From positions 103,602,001 to 103,666,000 of the forward strand of contig OX597820.1 in NCBI GenBank assembly GCA_951406725.2: 64,000 nucleotides of DNA, written 5' to 3'. The stretch's first letter is position 1. Each line of letters begins with the position of its first letter. Below, piece after piece: positions 24,165 to 35,942 of this stretch. Source of the stretch: Octopus vulgaris. Taxonomy: Eukaryota. Below the pieces are notes generated by a model. The model ran no database searches and was not told the origin of the DNA. It worked only from the letters and a program-made list of their open reading frames with translations. The translations under genes and the position numbers were made by a program.

Positions 24165-27100
24165 CAGACAGATAGATAGATAGACAGATTCATAGACAGA
24201 CAGATAGATATATAGGCAGACAGATATATAGACAGATAGATATACAGACAGACAGATAGATAGATAGGCAGATAGATAGATAGACAGACAGATAGCTAGA
24301 CAGATAGATAGACAGACAGACAGATATAGATGTGTGTGTGTGTCTTTGTCCCCCACCACCACCACCACTTAGAAACTGGTGTTAGTGTGTGTATGATCTA
24401 TAACTTAGCAGTTCAGCAAAAGAGGCCAACAGAATAAGTACCAGGCTTTAAAAAAATATACTGGTACTGATTCATTTGGTTAAAAATTCTTTGTGGTGCT
24501 CCAGCATGGCCACAGTCTAATGACTAAAACAAGTAAAAGATAAAAGAAAAAAGGATAATAAAAAGTGATGAGGATTTTCCCCAGCAAAATCTGATGCCAG
24601 ATTTTGTGTTTCCCAGTTTCTCCTCTGAGATCCAAAAAGTTAATCACTCCAAGGAACTCTCAATGTGATCATTGAACTTGCTTAAAATAGCAACCTAATA
24701 TCCATCAGATTACATTTTACCATCTTAAAATAAGAGCACATTGGGTGACATGGCCTGCAGTGGGGTACAGTATCTGAAAAATTATGTGACAGCCATTGCT
24801 GGAATGGCTTTAACTAAACATCTGTTCAGTCAGATTAACAACTGGCATCAACATGAAAAAGTGTTTGTCATAGTATTTACCTGAACTCCTCACATTTTAT
24901 AATAAAAGACGAAATATTGAATTACTGAAAACCTAAGTCCATATTGTAAATGGTAAGTATAGTTACATAAATGTGCGAGCAACAGTCTCAATAGAACAGT
25001 CTTCCAGGGGGTTGACTTGGTTACCTACATCAGCATTAATCCTTCAGTGAATTATGAATGAAGATGAAGCTATAATCTGTGTTGGTAAACTGAAGTATAA
25101 AAAGTCCACAAAGTACAGAAGAGAAATATATGCCCACAGCAAAATAATTTATTCCACCTCATGCATCATTTTTGTAGTATTTATCTAGCTAGCTATCAAC
25201 CTCTTCCTTTAGCTCACTGAGAATCAATTATTCAATATATTTAGTTACATATTCACCACTTCACCTAGCAAAATATCAATTTATCCAACTATCTATCAAG
25301 TTATATTTACAGTTGGTTAGTCTATATCTGCAAATAAAACTGCTATACACTTTTTAAAAAAATTAAAGGATGAAAGTTTTTTCATTTTATTGTTTTAACT
25401 AAGAAACCAAAAGGGTTTCAGCAATAGATAGGCTTTTTACATTAGCACAAAACCACTCATTTTTGTGGAACAGTATTGTTAATTCAGTTGAAACAGTTCT
25501 TGGACTGGTTATTTATCCTAGAAAGGATAAAAGGCAAAATCAATATCATTGGCCTATAACTAAACACAAATTTCTTTATGTGTTTTGTTTGTTGTTTTAC
25601 CAAATCTGACATTTTCACTACAGACTTACCAGTAGATGAAATAGGGGTTTCAAATTATGGTACAATGTCAGCAGTTTTAAGGGATGGGGTAAGTTGACTA
25701 TATTGACCCTAGTGTTCTACTCGTACTTATTTCATTGACCCCCAAAAGGATAAAAAGCAAAAACAACTTTACTGAAATTTGAACCTAGAATGTAAAAAGC
25801 CAGAAGAAATTCTATTAAACATTTTGTCTGACTTGCTAATGCTTCTACCATCTTGCCAACTTTCCCAATAGATCAAATAATAAAATGAAGAATTTAGGAA
25901 CTTACAATCTCAAGATATATCAAAACAGTTATCATAATAACGAAGGAAGGGAATTGTTTTTTCTTACATTTGGCAGCTTAAATTTTAATTTGAGAAACTT
26001 ACAATCTTTGTAAATTCCTGGAGTGTAGTTATTTGGCATGTGATTTAACAACCTGTCCTGAGACTATGACTTTATTATCAGTGTGGAGTCAAAACCGGAA
26101 CAAATAAAACCTTATTCAAAACTGCTAAAACTGATGCTTAAATGACCACTGTGTGTCAAGCGTATCGCCCATGTCCGTTAGTTTAATGTTGTAACAGGCA
26201 TTAAAGATACACAAAAATTGGTGATAGTTTACAGTAAGGACACGACCCCGAAATAAAACTAAGCTGAATAAAATTCTCTCTGTTTTAAATTGATATCGTA
26301 ACTTTTCAACAGAGTCATCCTTAAATATCCATTTTTGTGATTTCTAGTTAACTTAGTTGTTCATCCCATCCTAATCGATAAAATAACGCACCAATCAAGT
26401 ACTGAGATCGATCTAGAGGACTGTCCCTTTGACTCCAAAATTTAGCGCTTCTACCTATGTTAGAAAGTTATTATTTTGTAATAACATAAAGAATCAAAAT
26501 CTTTAAAGCTACTTTTTAAATTTAGTCAAATCCACTAGTTTAGTAAAGCATAATATACACACACATCACATACATAGACGTGTATTTGTAACTTACGCAA
26601 ATATAAATAATGTGTAGAATTATTAAATTAACAGATGAAAATTCCTTTGCATCAGCTTTTCCTATTTAACAAAAATGGGTGGTGGTGGTCATATTAGCGG
26701 TAAACAAATGAATAACTTATAATTACCATAGAAATTTATCATACATCTTCAACATTTATAATTAACGACCGAAATAATTACAATTAGCAATTTTTACAAA
26801 ATTACGACACAAGTTGGACATAGTTTGTACACGACAACAACTAGCTATACGTGTAATAAACACCTGATTCAGTTGTCACTTAAACACTGATTTTTGCGAT
26901 TATGAAAAGGCCTTATATATTCTGCATTTTATTTCTTCATTTCTATCTTTCCTTACATTTAGGTGTTCCCAATATTTTTTTGTGTATACACTTTCAAACT
27001 CTGGGTCCACAAACTTCGGTTTCTAGACTATTCAGCTAAGTGCGTACACATCGAAAACTAACTTATTTAACTAGCCACATATACATACGTATAAATGTTT

Positions 27101-27317
27101 CTTTTTATATCTATATTTAATGTAATTTATAATTATATTTATATCTAACATCAATAATGTTTATATAAACGGTTATTTTATTGTTTTTCATACGTGGTGG
27201 TGGTTTTAACACATCAAACTACAGTTCTAATTTACTAAGCGATTGGGATTGCCAGATTTTATTTTAATAACGCCAATGCTCTATCATCATAATAACAGTA
27301 TCATCATTATAACTCAC

Positions 27318-27440
27318 CGGTATTTTGAATTATAGCCTGCGAAGGCATGTGTCTGAGGTCGTTAATAAATACAACACCGGCGAGTGGACAGTATCAGCTT
27401 GTTGACAAAGTATTTTTCCACGTCACCACCATTTTGAAAC
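27318..27440 (-). promoter_or_regulatory. Probable non-coding first exon / TSS region of ERGIC2
   Basis: Strong donor CCG|gtgagt at 27317, YY1-like CAAAATGGTG and TGACGT motifs, locally CpG-retaining unique sequence upstream of the first coding exon. 5' boundary approximate. Confidence 0.5.
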
Positions 27441-27752
27441 AAGGGGAATAACTTAACTTCAACTCCTGGAATTAAAAACATAAATATTCGTCAATGTAAA
27501 ATGTCATGGAAAGGAAATGGGGAATTAAGATTCGGATTATTTTACTTACATACATTTTATCTTTTACTTGTTTTAGTAATTGGACGGTGACCACGCTGTC
27601 ACATCGCCTTGAAGTGTTTTAGCCGAATGAATCGACTTCGGTACTTATAGGTCTCTTTCTCTCTCTACCGAACCACTAAATTACGAAGATGTAAACAAAG
27701 CAACACCGGCTGTCAAACGGTGACGGGAAAGAACACAGACACACAAATACAG

Positions 27753-27815
<63 letters not shown>

Positions 27816-29494
27816 CGACGGGCCTCTTTCAGTTTCCGTCTACTAAATCCACTCACAAGGCTTTGGTTAGCTCAGGGTTATAGCAGAAGACATTTGCCCA
27901 AGGTGCCACGCTGTGGGACTGAACCAGGAAACATGTGATTGAGAATCAAACTTCGTGCTACATAGCCGCATTTATTTATTTTTCAATAAAATTAAAATGT
28001 AAAAAGAACAGAATTCTTACCAAACCCTGTTGTTACTGCAGCTGTACTAGTCCTGATTTTATTTTGTTTTTAGATTTATTCCTTAAGAATATAATTAAAA
28101 AAAAAAAGTAAATGGACAAGAACAGAATTGGCACTTCGTCGGTTACGACGACGATGGTTCCAGTTGATCCAATCAACGGGACAGCTTGCTCGTGAAATTA
28201 ACGCGCAAGTGGTTGAACTCATAGTTTTCGGGGAGATTCAGCGTGACAGAGGAATACAGGTACTACTCATTTTTACCAGTAGAGTGGACTCGAGTAGCGT
28301 GAAATAAAGTGTTTTGCTAATGGACACAATGTGTCGCCGAGAATTGAACTCACGATAGTGAGTCGAATACCTTAACCAGTAAGCCACATGTCTTCAGAAG
28401 AACAGTAAAATCTAATAATAAAAAAATACGCACATTTCCCCCCAGTTCTTTTTATTTTATTTATTTATTTAGTCAAGCGAACCCCAAATTCTCTCGAACA
28501 AACATGGTGCACTTATTTCTCTTCCAACTGTCCCTGACAGAAACAACAAATTTAATCATATCTGGAATGCGATTTTCTGAACAAAACTACCCATTTATGG
28601 GTTTCATCCGTCTCTCGTCTCCTGAATTAGTTGCTTCCAATAAGCTTTGAAATAACCTGTGTCATATGACCGATCAACAATTTAGAACTGTAGATATACA
28701 GATACTAATATAATCAATTGATTAGGGCAACGAGCAAGCAGAATTGTAACCGCCCCGGGTTAAAAGCTAAGCGGTATTTCGTCCATCTTCGCATTCTGAG
28801 TTCAAATTCCACTGAGGTCTACTTTGCCTCTCATCCTTTTGGGACCGATGAAATAAGTACCAGTTGAGCAATGGGGTCAATGTTATCGACTTAAGCCCCC
28901 CCACCGACCGAAATTCTTGGCCTTGTGCCAAAATTTTAAATCAATATATTCACTTGATTGGGTTTATTTCTAGCATTCGATCAGTGTCGTAACATTAGCA
29001 GTGTCATTTAGGTCGTGGTGTATTATTTCCTAAATTGGAACCGCAGAGGAGTTATTCAGTTGGATATATTAGACAATCAGCTGGGAGATGCAGCGGTCGG
29101 TGATTCGTATCCTTATTATAAGGGAAGAATATCGTGTCTGCACTCCAAATACAACTCTCCACAGTCCACCACCTGGTAGCAAACATGTATAACTGGACAC
29201 TGTTGTTTCAAGCAGCAATAACTCTGTTAATTGTTTCGTTGATTAGCTGCAGACTGTCGTCGTATCTCGGTCGGAATTTATCTCTCGACTGTTTGACGCC
29301 ACACAACCAGGAATTAAGCTTAGTTCTATGGGACTACTGAAGGCGTGTGGCCTAGTGATTAGGAGTGTTATCTTCATCATCTTAAGATTGTAGTTCGATT
29401 CCTAAACCGGGAGGAGTGATGTGTCTCTAAACAAGTATTATATTTCACGTTGTTCCTGGCTACTAAATTGAAAACGAGTATGATCCAAGTACCG

Positions 29495-29558
<64 letters not shown>

Positions 29559-31475
29559 TCCCTTCAGGCTGTCGCATTCTCGATATTCCGCTGCGTGAAG
29601 TGTGGGATGTTCTGAGAATGTATCAATATTTGCCTAAAACTACATAGGCGTCCACAATAATTATTTAATGTTAACAGGTCAAACTCGCTAGGGAGTGACG
29701 GATAAGCATAGAACTCAATAAGTATCCAATTTTTGAAGACTACAGGAAATTTACTGAATAAAATTCAAGTACAATAGTCAACAAAGCGAGCAGCTGCATG
29801 GAAGTTGATTATAATGACCCTAATATTTGAGTGTTACTTAGAAAAAGCGAAGTCGACTTCAGCGGAGTTTAAACTCTCGGGAAACAGAAAAATGAAACAC
29901 AAGCATTGTAAATTATTTAGTCTGGTTTTCTATGAGTTTTTTTTTTTTCTTGTCAACTCACTACTCAATTAAAATAACCTTGACATTTCTCATGTGCAAG
30001 TAAATATGCCAATTTCTGGGAGTAGCTAAAAGTCAAAGATCTGCGAGTGCTTTTATGAATCCACTTTTACATATGATAACAGACATCCTAGAGCATTTAA
30101 GCAGAATTTGAATTTAATGAATGAATTTGTATTTCAAATTTGGTGAATGTTCATCTCAATTTTTGCTCAGTCACTTATGTTTGTCCAACTAACGGCTTAA
30201 TCTTCTAATTACGAGTTTGTGAACAAACTTTAATGTAGTTACTTGCCTGGTTGAATATTGTAGTTGAATTGTATTCGGTACATTTCCTGTAGTCTTCAAA
30301 AGTTGACTACATAATATTCTGAAATTTAAATCAAAAGTGAATGCTTTACTAAGTCCTACGCTTATCCGTCACTCCCAAACGTATTTGACCTGGTCGCTTT
30401 TGCTAACTGTTGTGGGTGGCTATGTTGATGTTTGTTCCTGCAATGTAGCATCTTGAACAACAGTCTTTTATAATATATTTTTGTCTACCTGATTTGATTT
30501 ACAAAATCATATGGCTTTAATTTGTTCTGATGAAGTCTACAAACAATGTCGTCACACCGACGTCTCTCGAACAATTTTAAACCAGGCGGAACCCATCCCT
30601 TCACGGGTTCGACTACAGTCGATCTCTTCCAGATCTCTTCGAAAAAACAATCAGACAGAAAGAACGAGTGAAAGAATGAGAAGGTTGATCTCAGTATAAA
30701 ACTGGTATTTTATCTGCCTCAAAATGAAAAAGAAGTCGGAGAGTATAGAACTGGAACAATTAGCACAGAGCAATCTAATCGACACTAAAGATTAGTCATC
30801 TTCGAATCAAATAGAAGATAAGTGGAAACTGCAAGGAAGCCCGTAGGATGGACTGCACCTGTAGCCCTGTAATTCATATGAGTAGTCTTGTCATACATTG
30901 TTACACTGATTCTCTGTAAGGATTATTTTAAGGGTGTATGTGTCTATTTACCCGCAAAATAATCCATATGCAGAATTATTGTACCGTTAGTACAGAGTAT
31001 GCTAAGCACGCAGACATGCACCCAAGAGTGTACGTGTCTGTGTATCCTTAAAGTATTACTTCATAAAAATTCAGTATTCTATACGCAAACTCAGTGACAA
31101 GGCTGTCCCGTTGATCGCACAACTGGAACACTCATTATCGATACCGTCAGAGATTTATTTAATCTTTAACACCATATAATCTAAGATGCCACTTTTTTAC
31201 AGTGAAGTTTGAGCTGAGATTGACTAATATTTCTTGCATAATAAGTGAAATCGCTTCGGATACTGCTAAAAATACCCAGCAGTATTCGAAAATCAGTATG
31301 ATTTCGACGAACCAAGTTCGAGACTATTTCTTATTCTGCTCATGAATGTTGTGGAAAGTATAGCATACCACAAGTAACTTTCTCTGAATTCCCTTGTCAA
31401 ACGGAAATTTTTGAACACAAAATACCAATTAATTAATTGAGTCCACTATTTTTTTTTCGCACTCGAGCATGGCAT

Positions 31476-31521
<46 letters not shown>

Positions 31522-31536
31522 ATGGATGGATAGATG

Positions 31537-31930
31537 TATCCTTTCTACTGGAAGCACAAAGCCTCAAATTTGGGAGAAGGGATTAAGTCGATTACATCGA
31601 CCCCAGTGCGTAACTGGTACTTATTTAATCGACCCCGAAAGGATGAAAGGCAAAGTCGACCTCGACGGAATTTGAACTCAGAACGTAGCGGCAGACGAAA
31701 TACCTATTTCTTTACTACCCATAAGGGGCTAAACACAGAGAGGATAAACAAGGACAGACAAAGGGATTAAGTCGATTACATCGATCCTAGTGCGTAACTG
31801 GTACTTGATTTATCGACCCCGAAAGGATGAAAGGCAAAGTCGACCTCGGCGGAATTTGAACTCAGAACGTAACGGCTAACGAAATACTGCTAAGCATTTC
31901 ACATGGCGTGCTCACGATTCTGCCAGCTAG
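31537..31930 (-). mobile_element. Dimeric form of the tRNA-headed SINE
   Basis: Two central domains joined by a fixed junction that also occurs near 40558 and 62310. Confidence 0.85.
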
Positions 31931-32041
31931 TCACCACGGCCCTTAACGTTTGCCTTCGTTGATTGTTTACTCTGTCGTTGTTTGTTCGTTCGAAGCTCTA
32001 ACTCTCCATGAATTTTATATTTTTAAAATCTCTCGGTGCTT

Positions 32042-32120
32042 CTGTCTTATAAAATTTCCCCATATTGTCATTAAAAGCGCGAAATAGGAGTTATAAACAG
32101 TCCGGCAACTGATGAGGAGT
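32042..32120 (+). ncRNA. Candidate non-circularly permuted hammerhead ribozyme
   Basis: Order CCCA-TA-TTGTC ... GCGC-GAAA-TAGG ... GGCAA-CTGATGA-G-GAGT; stem I TTGTC/GGCAA is fully paired, stems II and III have one mismatch each. Confidence 0.55.
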
Positions 32121-32588
32121 GATCTTCTTTTGGTATTTTGTCCTGTACTTTTCTCTCGTGTGTTTACGTATTTTTCACTCGTTGGTGATGTCCTGTACAC
32201 AAAGTGTAATACATACATACATACATACATACATACATACATACATACATACATACATGCATACATACATACATACATACATACATACATACATACATAC
32301 ATACATACATACAAGATGTACGTTACGCCGCAATAATATATGTATAAAAAATATATATAAAAATACAAAATGGGACAAGAACGCAAAACACTCAAATAGA
32401 CGACACAAAAAAAGGAAGGGTCATTTGAAGCCTCTAATCTTCAGTCAAGAACCGGATCATCCTCGCAATTTCGGCAACATACATACATACATACATACAT
32501 ACATCGGCTTTTTTTTTAGAAAAACATAAATCCGGCGAAGTAACACACTTTAAGAAGTAGTGCACCCTATATGGTGAAGGCCGGTTTA

Positions 32589-32648
32589 TAGGGTTACCCT
32601 GGATTTCTCGCCATAAAGGGTACCTTTATGGCGTATCTTCAGACCTTA
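32589..32648 (-). ncRNA. Type I hammerhead ribozyme in the 3' region (pLTR) of a Penelope-like element
   Basis: TAAGGT-CTGAAGA-TA-CGCCATAAAGG-TAC-CCTTTATGGCG-A-GAAA-TCCAGGG-TA-ACCCTA; core intact, 11-bp perfect stem II. Confidence 0.75.
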
Positions 32649-32829
32649 AGACCCGTTGGCCTAAAGCCTCTTCAAAATGGAGGGGGAAACGATACAGATA
32701 TAAACAATGGAGATTATCTTCCTTTGCCACTGGTCATCGGCTTCCGGCTGTGTCGTCCTCCCTCAGCTAAACCACCTGTCGGCTATGAGGGTAAAAAGTA
32801 GAGGGCTATTTCCCACTCCCACCAGTCAT

Positions 32830-33205
32830 CAATTTCCAGTTGTGGTGTAATTATCGCTAATATCGCTATTATCCGGTTCCAAAAACACTAACAGGAATCT
32901 CCTGAAATGCAAGCACGAACCGAAAATCTAGGTTTTGGAGTTCAGTATGGTCCCTAGTATGTAAGAGTCTTTCACGATTTCCATGCGTTCGGCTACGCAT
33001 AGCTTGCAGCGATTCGTTCCATTGATGTACGAACCCGGACGGTGGGGGATCCATGATATTGAGTATGGAATTCCATCTTCCTTCTGTTGCCAGATATGGC
33101 TGGCCAGCGACGTTACATATCTCCTTTCGGGACCCTGAAAGAGGATCTATGGTTGGAAAGACGTTTCTTAAAAGAAGTTCCGGCGCATCTAATGTGTTTC
33201 CTTGG
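32830..33205 (-). pseudogene. Naiad-type Penelope-like GIY-YIG endonuclease C-terminal fragment
   Basis: With one frameshift and one stop: TSFKKRLSNHRSSFR..ERRYVTSLASHIWQQKEDGIPYSISW...RCKLCVAE...ILNSKT*IFGSCLHFRRFLL, matching the FKxRxxNHxxSF / LSxYIWxLK / CxLCxxE / LNxRxE...CxH pattern. Confidence 0.8.
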
Positions 33206-33321
33206 ATGCGTGGAGTCGGTGTGGTGCCTACTAGTGCTGTTGTTGCTGCTACCGCTGCGCCGTTATCATTACTGTTGCTGTTGTTGCTGCCGCTGCTTTT
33301 GTTGCGGTTGTAGTTGTCGAT

Positions 33322-33565
33322 ACATTATTTACATTATTTACAATCGACGAATATTTGTCCTCATCTTATTTGTTGTGAACAAAGCGTTTCGGCTGATATA
33401 GCCTCCAGACTTCATCATGTGTCTTGGAGAAATTTCGAACCTGGGTTCTCATTCCTAAGGTATTTTTCGATGTTGTTGTTATTATTATGCCCACGAGCAC
33501 ATGGCGTAGTGGTTAAGAGCGCGGGCTACTAACCCCAAGATTCCGAGTTCGATTGCCGGCAGTGA

Positions 33566-33616
<51 letters not shown>

Positions 33617-33817
33617 CAACAACAACAACAACAACAACATCGAAAAATACCTTAGGAATGAGAACCCAGGTTCAAAATTTCCCCAAAACACCTGATGTAG
33701 GCTGGAAGGTATATCAGCCGCAACGTTAACAACAAACAAGATGAGGACAAATATCCGTCAATTGTAAATAATGTAAATAATGTACATAATTCTTCATCTC
33801 TTAAATATAGAACTGTC
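33322..33817 (+). mobile_element. tRNA-headed SINE with hammerhead-containing tail and inverted 5' partial copy, 9-bp TSD
   Basis: A box TGGCGTAGTGG (33502), B box GAGTTCGATT (33545), (AAT)n(AAC)n, tail to 33817; 33322-33488 is the reverse complement of the tail; GTTGTCGAT at 33313-33321 and 33818-33826. Confidence 0.85.
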
Positions 33818-35192
33818 GTTGTCGATGTTGTTGCTGCTGTCGGTGCCTCTGTTTGTTGCTGCCGGTGCTCCTGATGGTGTTAATTCTGGTGCTGCTGGGG
33901 GTGCTGGTGGTGGTGCCACTGGAGGTGATGGTTGCGTTTGGTAGTGTTACTACCTCCGCGTGTGTTATATATATTACTTGTTCCAGTCATTTGACTGCGG
34001 CCATGCTGAAACACCGACTTGAAAGGTTTTAGTCGAACAAATCGACACCAAGACTTCTTTTTAAGCATAGTACTTATTCTATCAGTCTCTTTTGCCGAAC
34101 CGCTAAATTACGGGGACGTAAACATACCAACACCGGACGTCAAGTGGTGATGGAAGGGGGGACAAATACCGACACACGCACACTCATACACACACACATA
34201 CATATATACAACGGGCTTCTTTCAGTTTCCGTCTACCAAATCCACTCACGAGGCTTTGATCGGCCCGAGGCTGTAGTAGAAGACACTTGCCCAAGATGTC
34301 ACGCAGTGGGACTGAACCCAGAACCATGTGGTTGAGAAGCAAGGTTCTTACCACACGGCCACGCCTGGTCTTTATTTAATCTTACCTTGAACAGTTACAT
34401 TCAATTTGTTACTTACAGAATTAAATAAGAGGATAAGAAGTTGTAAGCAACAAATAATTAACGATGGATCCTCTATGCAGCCGCTCGCCGTGCTAGAAAT
34501 AGCCAAAATAGCAGTCAAATCTCCTTCAAATCATCCCCTAGTGCGAATAGTGGATAAAGTGAATCAAAATACACTGAATGTGAAAAAAGATGAGTTTGCC
34601 ACGGTTGTAGGTCGTAGGTCTGTTCGTTCACACTGACCCAGAACTGTTCTACCAATAACATAAACAACCTTAGACAAAACAAAAATTACTATCAATGGCG
34701 CAGGCATGGCTGTGTAGCTAAAGAAGGTTGGTTTCCTTGGGGACTTGCTTTCAGTCACTCTGCGTGGTACCTTGGGCAAGTGTCTTCTAATACAGCCCCG
34801 GACCTTGTGGGTGGATTTGGTAAACGAAAAAGAAACCTGTCATACGCATATATTTGTGTGTGCGCGTGTGTGTCTTTATGTTTCTGTTTGTCCTCTACCG
34901 CTGCTTGACAACCGGTATTGGTTTGTTTACATTCCAATTGCTTAGCAATTCGGCAAAAGTGGTACTGGAGTCGATTTATTCGATGAATTCTTCAAGGTGG
35001 TGCCTCAGCATGGCCGCTGTCCAATGACTGAAAAAAAGTTAAAGATAGGCGCAGGCGTGGCTGTGTAGTAAGAAGCTTGATTCTCAACCACATGGCTCCG
35101 GGTTCAGTTCTACTGCGTGGCACCTTGGGCAAGTATCTTCTACTATAGCCTTGTGAGTGGATTTGGTAGACGAAAACTGAAAGAAGCCCGTC

Positions 35193-35256
<64 letters not shown>

Positions 35257-35719
35257 TGTGTCTTTATGTCTATATTTGCTCCCCACCCCCACCGCTTGAC
35301 AACTGATGTTGGTGTGGTTACGTCCCCGTAATTTACTGGTTAGGCAAAAAGACCGATAGAATAAGTACCAGGCTTTAAAAAAATATGTCCTGGGGTCAGT
35401 TTCTTCGATTAAAAACCTTTCAATGCGATGCCTCAGCATGGCTGCAGTCAAGTGACTGAAACAAGTAAAAGATAAATGATATAAGATTGATAAAAGAAAA
35501 ATCCCAAACACACACACACGCATACACCGTGGGGCATTGTACTATGTCAGAATCATAAAACTAAAACTAAAATGCCCCAGTCATTTTGCTGGTGTTTCAG
35601 TCATCGTTAACATTATTGTTGCTGTTGTTATTAACGTTCTTGTTGTTGCTCTTTTCCTTCTTCTTATTGCCAAGCTGGTGGGTGGAGATCAGTGTTTGTG
35701 GCCCTTTCTAGGATATCCG

Positions 35720-35942
35720 AGTGAGGAGGAAGGGGAGAGAAGGGGTGAGGAGGAGGCGTGGAGGAGGAGACGAGGAGGAGGAGACGAAGAGGAGGAGACG
35801 AGGAGGAGGAGATGAGGAGGAGGAGACGAGGAGGAGGAGACGAGGAGGAGGAGACGAGGAGGAGAGAAGGAGGTGAGGAGGAGGAGAGAGAGGAGGAGGT
35901 GAAGAGGAGGAGGAGGTGAGGAGGGGTGAGGAGGAGGAGGAG
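35720..35942. repeat. (GAG)n-derived purine-rich low-complexity tract
   Basis: Direct inspection. Confidence 0.9.

Noticed and set aside
26003-26017. 15-nt microexon (cag|GAATTTACAAAGATT|gtaagt) on the minus strand
   Set aside because: Weak polypyrimidine tract and upstream of the ATG; unsupported without transcripts.
30527-30533. Isolated CTGANGA matches (also 2819, 11664, 11867, 15802, 46374, 50200)
   Set aside because: No properly placed stem II-GAAA-stem III-UH; expected by chance or truncated.
32780-32830. SECIS element downstream of the Naiad-type endonuclease
   Set aside because: The hairpin lacks the tandem GA/GA core (ATGA simply pairs with TCAT), and the conserved Cys codons here are TGC, not TGA.
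33496-33568. tRNA gene (also 49649-49720)
   Set aside because: No proper acceptor stem, and both run directly into repeat bodies; these are SINE heads.
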